64,000 nucleotides of DNA, taken from contig CAWIGG010000003.1 in NCBI GenBank assembly GCA_963835575.1, positions 256,001 to 320,000 on the forward strand, given 5' to 3'. The DNA comes from an uncultured Spirochaetota bacterium. Lineage in GTDB: Bacteria > Spirochaetota > Brevinematia > Brevinematales > JAOACQ01. The first letter of the stretch is position 1. Every line of letters begins with the position of its first letter. Of this stretch, positions 41,319 to 50,696 are shown piece after piece. The notes under the pieces are model-generated. The model did no database searches. It was not told the origin of the DNA and saw nothing but the letters and a program-made list of their open reading frames with translations. Both the position numbers and the translations under genes were made by a program.

Positions 41319-41531
41319 ATGGCGGTAAAAAAAGAGAATACGGCTGCAATTATGAAAAATACGGCCGGTAAAAAAAGCCCGGCAAAGTCTGATCTAAGCA
41401 AGTTTTTAAGCGAAGTTCAGCAAAAGGCTTATGAAATTTATATTGCAAGGCAGAAGACAGGGCAATCCGGCAATGAGATGTCGGACTGGCTAAAAGCCGA
41501 GAAAGAGATTAAAAGCAGGTATAAAATTTAA
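41319..41531 (+). CDS. DUF2934-like small protein
   Basis: KAYEIY...DWLKAEKEI; AGGAGG RBS. Confidence 0.75.
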   Translation: MAVKKENTAAIMKNTAGKKSPAKSDLSKFLSEVQQKAYEIYIARQKTGQSGNEMSDWLKAEKEIKSRYKI

Positions 41532-41556
41532 TTTTGGTCCTTCGAAATGATCCATA

Positions 41557-41804
41557 GGGGTCACCGCAGAAAACAGAATTTTAAGTACGTTAAAGATTTT
41601 TTCCCCTTACCTGATAAAGAAATACTGAATCTGATAAAATCAAAACTTTGGATTATTATCAGAAATTGATGATATTTTTAACAATATTATTTATAGGAAT
41701 CCCGTTCTTTGATTGGCAATTTTATTGCAAAGAGAAAAAGCAAGTTGCGTAATTTATTCCATTTTTACTAACGTACAAAGGTTTTCGTTTAGTGAGCTGA
41801 CCCC
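41557..41804. mobile_element. Tn3-derived MITE, 248 bp, with mismatched IR subtypes
   Basis: GGGGTCACCGCAGAAAAC...GTACGTTAA and GGGGTCAGCTCACTAAAC...GTACGTTAG; interior homologous (reverse) to the 203-bp MITE. Confidence 0.8.
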
Positions 41805-43343
41805 TATTAGATCCTTTTTTGGTTCTCCAAGATAATATCCTTGCGAGTAATCGATCCCCATCTCAAGGCATTTGTCATAAACTTCCTTTGAATGAACGAA
41901 TTCCGAGATTGTCTGAAGCCCAAGCTCCATTGCGAAATTGGCGATTGTCCGGGTAATGATCTGAGAGCTTTTATCGCTGTTGATATTTTTGATAAGAGAA
42001 GAGTCGATCTTGATGTAATCTACTTTCATATGAATAAGGTGGGAAAAATTAGAATATCCGGTCCCGAAATCGTCGATCGCGATTTTGCATCCGAGGTTTT
42101 TAACATAATTGATAAATTCGATCACTTCTTTATAATTCTCAATGTCTTCAGTTTCAAGGAGTTCAAAAATTGCCCTGCAGGCAGTGTCCTTGCGGGTGTT
42201 CAGCAGTTCATAAAGATATCCGACCGTTTTTTCATCCATTATGTCGTCCAGGGAAATATTCACTGAGAATTCATAGTCATTGTCTTTGAAAAAACCGAAG
42301 GACTTTTCCAGCATAGTCTTTGTCAGATACCTGTAAAGCCTCGCTTTCTTGGCCGTATTGATAAAATTAAGGGGTGTGAGTATATTCCCGTTCACATCGA
42401 TCATCCTCATAAGGCATTCGTATTTCTCAACGTTGCCGGTATGATTATTGATAATGGGCTGGAAATACGGTACGATACGGTCACCCTTAATGGCGTTCTT
42501 AAGCATTTTTGTCCAGAAAATATTATTCTCGTATTCCTTTTCGATTTCCATGAAATCCTGGTAAACAATGAAATTTTTCCTTGATACCTTGGCTCTCTTT
42601 AAAGCCATATCGGCGTTTCTGAGAGCTTTCCTTCCGATATCCTTTATCCCGATTTCCGATATATTCCCACTCGCCGTGCCTATGCCCACACTGACATTGA
42701 TATAAAATTCCATTTCCTTATAGCTAATGGGATTGGTCATAACCTCCTCGGAAAAGTATATACCCCAATATTCGAGTTCTTTTATTTCAGTTTCCTTGTT
42801 GATGAGTATCATGTATTCGTCCGCGTGCATTTTATAAAGACTGTACGGTATCCCCAGATTTAAGTCTTTGAAACGGCATGCCAGTTCCTTGAGTATGAAA
42901 TCCCCGACTTCAGTACCATAAAAATTGTTTATTTCCTGGAAACAGTCGACATTGAATATTATGACGACCGGATTGCAGCATAAGGCCAAGTCGTCCATGA
43001 ATTTCTTCCTGTTAGGAATATTCGTGAGGGGATCGGTCAGCAACTGGGCCAGAAGGTTCTTGTTTGAATCCTCGATTTTTTCAAAACTTTTCCTCAAATT
43101 CTTAGTCAACCTGTTAAAATTATCCGCAAGTTCTCCAATCCGAATGTTTTTCATCCATTTCAGAGCCATCCATATTGCGGCAATCCATTCATCTTCCGAT
43201 AAATTCCACTCCCGAATGTCCGTGTAATCCGGGGGCCGCCTTAAGCGCTCCTCCAATTCCTCAATAGTTTTCCCGCTATAACAAGCCTCCGCGAAGGCCC
43301 TGATTTGTGAATTTGATGTTTGATTTACTGCGTTATTCACCAT
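41754..43343 (-). CDS. Degenerate-GGDEF/EAL c-di-GMP phosphodiesterase, chimeric ends
   Basis: TDPLT, HADEY, PYFQPI, YECLMR, DDFGTGYS, EFV, QGY. Confidence 0.88.
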   Translation of the reverse strand: MVNNAVNQTSNSQIRAFAEACYSGKTIEELEERLRRPPDYTDIREWNLSEDEWIAAIWMALKWMKNIRIGELADNFNRLTKNLRKSFEKIEDSNKNLLAQLLTDPLTNIPNRKKFMDDLALCCNPVVIIFNVDCFQEINNFYGTEVGDFILKELACRFKDLNLGIPYSLYKMHADEYMILINKETEIKELEYWGIYFSEEVMTNPISYKEMEFYINVSVGIGTASGNISEIGIKDIGRKALRNADMALKRAKVSRKNFIVYQDFMEIEKEYENNIFWTKMLKNAIKGDRIVPYFQPIINNHTGNVEKYECLMRMIDVNGNILTPLNFINTAKKARLYRYLTKTMLEKSFGFFKDNDYEFSVNISLDDIMDEKTVGYLYELLNTRKDTACRAIFELLETEDIENYKEVIEFINYVKNLGCKIAIDDFGTGYSNFSHLIHMKVDYIKIDSSLIKNINSDKSSQIITRTIANFAMELGLQTISEFVHSKEVYDKCLEMGIDYSQGYYLGEPKKDLIGVSSLNENLCTLVKME

Positions 43344-43434
43344 ACCCCTCTTTATGATAAATCTCTATGCGATCTTTCGTAACGGATTTTCAGTTACGAC
43401 AATAGGCTTTAAGCCTATTGTAATAGCACATAAA

Positions 43435-43909
43435 TTACGCAATATTTAATACACGGTGCCGGTGTTCACATTCAGCCGCAATCTCCAAAGCCGTCCAGCC
43501 GTTTTCATCCCTGGCGTAAACATTGGCATGAGCTTCGATCAATGTTTTAACGGCACCCGTTTCGCCATATTTGGTAGCATACATCAAAGCTGTCCAGCCG
43601 TGTTTATCCACAGCATTGATATCGGCCTCAGCCGATATCAATGAATGCATTGACCATTCTTACATTGACCGCGTCCATATGACCATTGAAGGCCGCGATC
43701 ATCAAAGCCGTAACGCCGTCTTTATCCACGGCGTTGACATCGGCCCCAGCCTTGATCAATACTTTAACCGCGTCCGTTTGACCATTTGCTGTAGCAATCA
43801 TTAAAACTGTCCAGCCGTGTTTATCCCTGGCGTTAACATAGGCCCCAGCTTCGACCAGGGCTCTAATCGTTTTTACATCGCCAATTTCGGCAGTTTTAAT
43901 TAATGTCAT
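43435..43909 (-). pseudogene. Ankyrin-repeat protein, frameshifted
   Basis: Ankyrin repeats in two frames; GGTCAATG duplication at the break; start overlaps the recombinase stop. Confidence 0.85.
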
Positions 43910-44783
43910 ATAATTCACCAAATAAATCATTGTTAGTCAATTTTTCGTGCAAATATACTTCCATTGTAGTCGTTATCGAATAATGCCCCAGGTATTCAGA
44001 TACAGCTTTTAGTTTTCCGGTTTTATTGAGCATTACTGCAGCAAAACTATGCCTAAGATCATGTGCCGACGTTGTTTTTGCGAGTACGCGGCGGACAGTG
44101 TTTTTAATCTGAGAGCTGACATATTCGCGCTGATAGGTCTTCCCTGAACTCGTCTCAAATAGTTTATTTTTCCCATTGAAAACATTTTCAATTCTATCTA
44201 AAAGCTCGATGGGAATTTTTACAGTTCGTTCCTTCGCGCATTTGCCCAATACCCGGATTTCAGCTATATCATTAATCAGGTTTATATTTTGTATTTTCGC
44301 ATTTACCATTTCAGAGACCCGGCATCCAGTCAGGAATATAAACTCAATGAATAGGGCATTTCTTTTAGAGGCCTTCGCAATGACCTGCATATATTCAGAT
44401 TCAGAAAGTATTCGATCTTTTTTAGCCATCTTTGCTGTCGATCCGACCTTCACATATTTTATTTCATTCAATGCTGTTTTAATAATCGCTTCCTGGTCGG
44501 TTCTTAAGTACAGGGATTTTAAGGTAAAAATAATCGCGGCTTTGATCCCTGCTATTTTCGCATTGATTGTCCCGGCTGGTTTTCCAGCGTCTATCAAACT
44601 CGAAATATAGGTGCGAAATGTTTCCGGCTGGATAGGTCCCATCCCGCGTGCTTCTGCAAAAGCCAGATATTTTTTTACAAATAATTTATATGCTTGAGCG
44701 GTTCTTTCATTTGCAGGTGTAAAATTCCGCATTGTTTTTAAAATTAAATTCTGGTCAAGAATAACTTTTTGATTTGACCTCAT
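43896..44783 (-). CDS. XerC/D-like tyrosine recombinase (295 aa)
   Basis: TGCRVSE, GKCAKER, HDLRH, LGH, catalytic Y. Confidence 0.92.
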   Translation of the reverse strand: MRSNQKVILDQNLILKTMRNFTPANERTAQAYKLFVKKYLAFAEARGMGPIQPETFRTYISSLIDAGKPAGTINAKIAGIKAAIIFTLKSLYLRTDQEAIIKTALNEIKYVKVGSTAKMAKKDRILSESEYMQVIAKASKRNALFIEFIFLTGCRVSEMVNAKIQNINLINDIAEIRVLGKCAKERTVKIPIELLDRIENVFNGKNKLFETSSGKTYQREYVSSQIKNTVRRVLAKTTSAHDLRHSFAAVMLNKTGKLKAVSEYLGHYSITTTMEVYLHEKLTNNDLFGELYDIN

Positions 44784-45055
44784 AAAAAAAGCCTCTATAT
44801 TCTTAATTTTTCTTAAGTATATATTATTTTTAGGTGCAAATCAAGGGAGTGGGGAAAGAATATTTTTAAAAATAATCGACAGGAGACAGGCGAGTTCCAC
44901 ATGGCTTTGGACGGATGCGGCCAGGAACTGGGAATCTGGTATTGTCTATAAAAACATGCATGATTTTGATGGGGGGTATATAATGCGATATTGAAATTGA
45001 ATAAGTAATTTCTCTGGTTAAGGCAATGAAATGATATAAAATGAGGAGGAATGTC

Positions 45056-45270
45056 ATGTATAATAAGAAAGATACCGCGACCAGGAAACCCGCTAAATAA
45101 AGAAGTACAACTTTGAAATCAGGTACGAAGAAATACGCAGCCAAATCGGAAGCCAAATATTTTTTGGACGAAATAAAAAAGCTGATGCATGAAATATGTC
45201 TGGAAAGGCAGAAAAATGGAGTTGCCGGTGATGAGATGTCCGTGCCGTCCGACTGGTTACAGAGGTTAAG
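45056..45270 (+). pseudogene. Degraded DUF2934-like paralogue of 41319
   Basis: AGGAGG RBS, internal TAA, then FLDEI..RQK.G..GDEMS..SDWL. Confidence 0.55.
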
Positions 45271-45331
45271 AATAAGTACAAAAGAAAAAAGGGTAGTTCG
45301 TAGTACTTATTGTATTTTGAGGATTTGCATA

Positions 45332-45637
45332 ATGGATTATAAATTTGAAGAAAAGCGGAGAGATGAGAGGAAACTTTTTATATTGGATACCGAATATGAG
45401 TTAAAAGGGATCTTATGTCCGTGCCAAATTATTGATATATCATCTCAAGGCATAAAAATGAGAGTAAAAGGGATTCTTATGGCTGGGGACAACATAAAAA
45501 TATCATTTGATAAACATACTATTACTGCAAAAGTCGTCAGGGTTGATGGAAATATTGTTGGGGTTATGTTTGAGCAGTTATCGAATGAAGAACTGGATTA
45601 TATCATGAATTTAAAAACATTCCAAAACTTATTATAA
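45332..45637 (+). CDS. PilZ-domain protein
   Basis: RRDER and DISSQG; start moved to ATG 45332. Confidence 0.85.
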   Translation: MDYKFEEKRRDERKLFILDTEYELKGILCPCQIIDISSQGIKMRVKGILMAGDNIKISFDKHTITAKVVRVDGNIVGVMFEQLSNEELDYIMNLKTFQNLL

Positions 45638-45708
45638 GAATTCAATAACAATGTAAATTCTATTGACTAATATCTGGATAGAGGGGTAAGATATTAAAAG
45701 GAAAAACC

Positions 45709-46539
45709 ATGAATGTTTTAATCTACACACAATCATACTATGCCAGGAAAACATTTATCAGCGCTTTATTACCGTTTGGTATAACATTATATCACACAGA
45801 ACAATCTGAAAATCTGATTAACAAAATTCAACAGCATCTGCCTGAAATAATAGTCCTGGATGTTATTAAGGAAGATTTTGCTGCCGTATTTGAACTCGTA
45901 AGAAAAATAAAAAACCATCCTTCAGAAGAAGCGAAAAAATCAGCCATAATTCTTCTTATTGGCTCTATTGATAAGCAAGCAATTACATCTGCAATACAGG
46001 TCGGCGTTATCGGATTTATAAAGAGCAATGAAACAGAAGATTTTGTTTATAAATATATTATGAACATTTATCAAAAAGTCCGGGGTATCCCGCCTGAAAG
46101 AAAATTTGTCCGGGTTATAATCGATCCTAATGATAGCATTGGCATTAAATTCCGTTCGCCGGTTAATTCACAGTTGATTATCGGTCGGGTAAAGGATATC
46201 AGCCTGGGTGGTCTAGGTGTTGAACTGGTTGGCACATTTCCTTCGGATTCAATAACTATTGGATCAGTGATAAAAAACATGCAGTTCATTTTAGATGGGA
46301 AGGAAATATTTATAGATGGAGTTGTGGTTGCTTACCAGAAAAACTTCTGTGCTTTTCTGTTTAAGGACATGACTGCAGAGATCAGAGAATCCATTTCTCA
46401 GTTTGTTTTTAAGAAGATTTCTAGTATTGAAGAAGAGAATAAAGTTGGGCAAGAAGGGACAGGCGCTGGCAAGGATTCCGGAAACCAGGATAATTCCCAA
46501 GGACAGAATAAAGTTGAGCAGGAACCAGGTAGTAATTAA
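45709..46539 (+). CDS. Receiver-like plus PilZ domain protein
   Basis: REC-like N-terminus; RKFVR and DISLGG. Confidence 0.8.
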   Translation: MNVLIYTQSYYARKTFISALLPFGITLYHTEQSENLINKIQQHLPEIIVLDVIKEDFAAVFELVRKIKNHPSEEAKKSAIILLIGSIDKQAITSAIQVGVIGFIKSNETEDFVYKYIMNIYQKVRGIPPERKFVRVIIDPNDSIGIKFRSPVNSQLIIGRVKDISLGGLGVELVGTFPSDSITIGSVIKNMQFILDGKEIFIDGVVVAYQKNFCAFLFKDMTAEIRESISQFVFKKISSIEEENKVGQEGTGAGKDSGNQDNSQGQNKVEQEPGSN

Positions 46540-46705
46540 TAGGCCAGTGACGGGTATAAGTATCTTACAGGAATATTTAGTGATAGATAATTTATGATTA
46601 CATAACGTTCTATGCAATAAAGATATACTACAAATTGGGACGAATTACTGACGCGCGGTTTAAAAAGAATATTTAAATCGGTTAAAACAATATTGGGATG
46701 ATTAT

Positions 46706-46999
46706 ATGAGGCGCAAAAAAATAAATGAAACGGATATTATTGATAATATTATCTTTGATCAAGAAAACTTAAAAATGAGTATAAAAAAAAAGGAAATCCA
46801 TATAATTGTTAATAAATTCCTTAATAATCTCCGGGCCTCTATAGAAAATCTTAAATATGGGGAAAGGATCGAACTAAGAAGATTTGGTACATTCGGAATT
46901 AAAAGACTGAAGCCTAAGTATTTAAGAGCAGTCTGTAACTTTCCTTATTTCAAAGCAGGTTTTGGGATGAAGATTAATGTTTGTTCTGGGAAAAATTAG
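46706..46999 (+). CDS. Divergent HU/IHF-family protein
   Basis: IELRRFGTF, FKAG; DNA-binding arm shortened. Confidence 0.7.
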   Translation: MRRKKINETDIIDNIIFDQENLKMSIKKKEIHIIVNKFLNNLRASIENLKYGERIELRRFGTFGIKRLKPKYLRAVCNFPYFKAGFGMKINVCSGKN

Positions 47000-47118
47000 A
47001 AATATATTTGAATCAGACTATGAAAAAACATATACTGCATCGTTTGATACTAATGATAATTTTATATGGGAAAGATTTGTAATTTTGACAAAATAATAAT
47101 AGTGTATTTTTTATATTA

Positions 47119-48404
47119 TGGGCGGTTTTAAAAACCGCCTAATTTATCAACATTTCCCTGATAATAGAAAATATTTTCAAAATATTTCTGCCAACAGGTT
47201 AAAAACTGTTTCTATTACCAAAATTCAGCCAAACACGGGCAATATTATCCATATCTTCTGTATTTTAAGCCGCACAAGACGCAATTCGACCTTTTACCAC
47301 AACATACCGTGCTAAATTATAAACCAGATTCATCAGCCCGATTTGGCTCTCTGCCCTTTCTTTTCCTATCGATCGTATTGTACTGCCGTTCATACTATTT
47401 TCAACAAAACCAAAAACATGCTCAACACGAACACGGATGCGGCTCTTTCTTCTATTTTTTTCTTTCTGCTTCTCCGTCAATGGCTTATTTCTGTATCCTT
47501 TTTCGTGAATCCGGTTTTTCATCTCAAATTTTTCTAATATTCCTGCTACCGTTGGGCCAACATATGCGCTGTCCGCGTAAAACGGCTTCCCTTTGTCTTT
47601 CTCATTCAATAGAGGTTCAACTACCTGTGAATCGTGAACGCTCGCATCTGTCGTGACATAAGAACGAATAAGTTTTGACTTCACATCAACCTTTGTATGG
47701 TTTTTGTATCCGTAATGCCTCTCTTTATTCTTGGTCATCCAGCGCGCATCCGTGTCTTTATGGGAAAGCTTATGCGTATTATCTTTCCAATCTTCCGGAA
47801 CCTCGCCTTCTTTTATTTTCTTGTTTTCTTCGCGGCTGTTCCTCTGCCGGGGAACATCCACAAAACTTGCGTCTACCATAACGCCCGCTTTCCCTATCAC
47901 ACCTTTATTCTCAAGATTCTCATCGAATATTTTAAAAAGTTTCTCTATTGCTTTCGCTTTCATCAGTTTTTCCTTGAATTCCCAGATTTTACTGTAGTCC
48001 GGAACTTTGTCCGAAAGTGTTATCCCAAGATATCGCTGAACGGATAACCTGTCATTGATCTGAAATTCCGCTTGCTCATCGGAAAGATTGTAATACCTCT
48101 GGAATATCAGTATCTTGAACATGAAAACATAGTCATAATGTGGCGCTCCGCCCGGCGTCTTCTGCTCTTTCGGCGCCAAAATCTCTGTTAACAGCGGCCG
48201 GAACATCTCAAAGTCTACAACTCTGTTAAGCTTATCCAGCGGTGTTTTTACGCCGCTTAGCTTTTCCATCCGCTCCTGATATTCAAACAAGTTACGGTCT
48301 TTCCGCTTAATTTTTGTCATAGCCTTACCTCTGTTTTCTTTGACTATGATTATATGTTTTTATATACTATTTGTATATGATACGTGGGTTTTTCAAACCG
48401 CCCA
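47119..48404 (-). mobile_element. IS5-family element
   Basis: IRs TGGGCGGTTTTAAAAACC / GGTTTTTCAAACCGCCCA; exact ends and TSD ambiguous (TA or AT). Confidence 0.88.
47265..48320 (-). CDS. IS5-family transposase
   Basis: VDAS, DTDARW..K..YGYK.H, ADSAY, RVRVEHVFG. Confidence 0.93.
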   Translation of the reverse strand: MTKIKRKDRNLFEYQERMEKLSGVKTPLDKLNRVVDFEMFRPLLTEILAPKEQKTPGGAPHYDYVFMFKILIFQRYYNLSDEQAEFQINDRLSVQRYLGITLSDKVPDYSKIWEFKEKLMKAKAIEKLFKIFDENLENKGVIGKAGVMVDASFVDVPRQRNSREENKKIKEGEVPEDWKDNTHKLSHKDTDARWMTKNKERHYGYKNHTKVDVKSKLIRSYVTTDASVHDSQVVEPLLNEKDKGKPFYADSAYVGPTVAGILEKFEMKNRIHEKGYRNKPLTEKQKEKNRRKSRIRVRVEHVFGFVENSMNGSTIRSIGKERAESQIGLMNLVYNLARYVVVKGRIASCAA

Positions 48405-48681
48405 TAAGCAATGAGTTTTTCGGTCAGGTGAACAGCGGCTTCCTTTTTTTCAAACATGATTTCCTCCTCGGATTAGAGAAATGCATTGATGTTTTAAGAT
48501 GTGAAAATTGGCCTAATCTTCTATGGGACAATGATTTTTAACCTGATATTATAACGCATTTTCTTCTTTTTAGCAAAGAATCGGCAAGTTCGCTCAAACC
48601 GGTTAGAGGCAATTGGACGGGTGCTTTTCATTTTATTAAATTAGAGTTGACTTAATATCCTGGAATAGTGAGGAGGGAAAA

Positions 48682-48981
48682 ATGCTGGCGAGTTTCTCGA
48701 TCATTCCAATCGGAACCGGTAATGAGCTCAAGGATAAAGTAGCGGAAATCATTAAAATTGTGGATCAATCCGGCGTCCGTTACAGGCTGGGACCGATGGA
48801 AACAACGATCGAAGGGGAAGAAGAAATAATACTGCCTCTGATCATGAAATGCCATCACAAAATGCGCGAACTGGCCCCCAGGGTGCTGACCAGTATCGTC
48901 ATCGACGACCATAAAGGCAGGAAGGACCGCCTGGAGGGTAAAGTGAACAATGTCATCGAGATATTGAAGAAAATAAAATAA
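48682..48981 (+). CDS. MTH1187-family thiamine-binding protein
   Basis: FSIIP, GPMETTIEG, KV..V pattern. Confidence 0.85.
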   Translation: MLASFSIIPIGTGNELKDKVAEIIKIVDQSGVRYRLGPMETTIEGEEEIILPLIMKCHHKMRELAPRVLTSIVIDDHKGRKDRLEGKVNNVIEILKKIK

Positions 48982-49076
48982 CAAGTCAAACGCTTCCAAT
49001 ATCAATGCTGCTTTGCAGGATGTTCTAACGGTTTTTTTGCACCTTTCCAGCAAAACCCGGCGCTGTAAAAACCATA

Positions 49077-49964
49077 TCAAGTCCTTTTTTTTATTTCATT
49101 CAGGAAAATTTCGGCACTTTCAAATATCATATTATCCGCTTTTTGAATTTCATTTTTTCTTTGAGAGATGTTTTGCTCTGCCATTCTTTCAATATCGGAA
49201 ATATTGTAAAGGTCTATTCCGGGCCGGTTTGCAATCCTTTCATCGACATCACGCGGCACCGCAAGATCAATGATCAACATTTTTTTATTCCGCGGAAAAT
49301 GATCTTCATGAACTATAAGGTGCGGGGCTGATGTCGCAGATATAAGGATATCTGTTTCTTTTAATGTCTGGCGTAATTCAGAGAGCGGAAACGCCGCGCA
49401 ATTCATCTGCCGGGCAAGTTCGTTCGCCTTATCAAAAGTCTTATTGCCGACCAGGATCATTCCGGCCCCTTTTTTCATTAAATACCGTAAAATGGTTTTA
49501 TTGAGATTGTTGATCCCTATAATTGTTATCCGGCATTTTTTCAAATCAATCCCGAGTTTTTTTATCAATTCGACGGCGGCAAGGCTGTGAGAGGGTGCGC
49601 CCTTTGAAATCCCTGTTTCAGCGCGGACCCTTTTCCCGGTATGTAAGGCCGCCTGGAACATCATATTTAAGTATTTGGACACTTTTCCCCGCGCTAATGA
49701 GAAAAGGTAAGCGGTTTTTACCTGATGGAGGATCTGGTTTTCGCCCAAAAGCGGGGATTCCAGTCCGGCAGCCAGACGGAATAAATGGAACACGGTTTTT
49801 TTGTCGGGATAATACGGCTTTTGATCGTCGTCTTCATACAGTTCCACCCGGTCGCATGTGCTGATCAGTACATAATGTGCCGGAAGCCTTGTCAATACCT
49901 GCCGGTAAAACTTTTCACGCTCCGTTATACTGTGCCGGGCGTCTTTATAGTCATGCCGGATCAT
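49077..49964 (-). CDS. hemA: Glutamyl-tRNA reductase (short form)
   Basis: STCDRVE, GLES..LGENQIL.QVK, DLAVPRD; C-terminal dimerisation domain absent. Confidence 0.9.
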   Translation of the reverse strand: MIRHDYKDARHSITEREKFYRQVLTRLPAHYVLISTCDRVELYEDDDQKPYYPDKKTVFHLFRLAAGLESPLLGENQILHQVKTAYLFSLARGKVSKYLNMMFQAALHTGKRVRAETGISKGAPSHSLAAVELIKKLGIDLKKCRITIIGINNLNKTILRYLMKKGAGMILVGNKTFDKANELARQMNCAAFPLSELRQTLKETDILISATSAPHLIVHEDHFPRNKKMLIIDLAVPRDVDERIANRPGIDLYNISDIERMAEQNISQRKNEIQKADNMIFESAEIFLNEIKKRT

Positions 49965-50415
49965 CGGATAATGCCTCCCTGATTTTATTCCGCCATTCCA
50001 CGCTTTTTTTCACGTCCCGGCCGTTGGATGAAACGGCAACGCTCATAGGGCCTTCTTTATATATGGCCGGGGAAATAAAGCCGGACAATTCCGGATCGTC
50101 GCAGACATTGACGGGAATGCCTTTGGCCTTTGCGTCTTTCGAAATCCCGGCATTGGTCACTTTATCATTCGTGCAGGCATAAACTAGATGAAATCCTATA
50201 AGATCGCCGGGCTCATATGCTTTTTCAATGATCCTGTATCCGGCCTTCCTGATTTCATCGCAAACGCAGAGGGCAACTATGGTTATTCTGGCGGTATACT
50301 GCCTGATTGTCTGTATTTTATGAAAAGACGCGGGCCCTCCGCCGACAATAAGAATATTTTTATCTGTTATATCCAGGCAGACTGGCATGAAAATTTTATC
50401 AGGACTTTGTCTCAT
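49951..50415 (-). CDS. Precorrin-2 dehydrogenase/sirohydrochlorin ferrochelatase (CysG N-terminal/SirC-like)
   Basis: IVGGG, VNVCDDP, F.SPA, AVSSNG; ATGA overlap with the upstream stop. Confidence 0.88.
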   Translation of the reverse strand: MRQSPDKIFMPVCLDITDKNILIVGGGPASFHKIQTIRQYTARITIVALCVCDEIRKAGYRIIEKAYEPGDLIGFHLVYACTNDKVTNAGISKDAKAKGIPVNVCDDPELSGFISPAIYKEGPMSVAVSSNGRDVKKSVEWRNKIREALSDDPA

Positions 50416-50696
50416 ATTTGATACTCCGTGACGATGTCCTTCTTTGTCAGCAGATCCAATATACCGTCTATAATTTTTTCCGGGGGGCATGAAAGGTCAA
50501 AAGACATATCCACGGTATAACGCTCAAAATTGCTTTTTCCTATATTGATGACAAGGATCTCATTCGGGGCGTTCAGGATTTTAAGCTTTTCCAGGTCATA
50601 ATCATCCAGATCGCTTAATGAACTGATAAAGATAAATCCCGCATCGGTCAATATTTTAGAAAGCTCGCCCAGCCGTCTTAACATTTCTTCCCTATC

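Noticed and set aside
45113..45637. 174-aa DUF2934-PilZ fusion
   Set aside because: Better explained as a decayed small gene reading through into a separate PilZ gene with its own RBS and ATG
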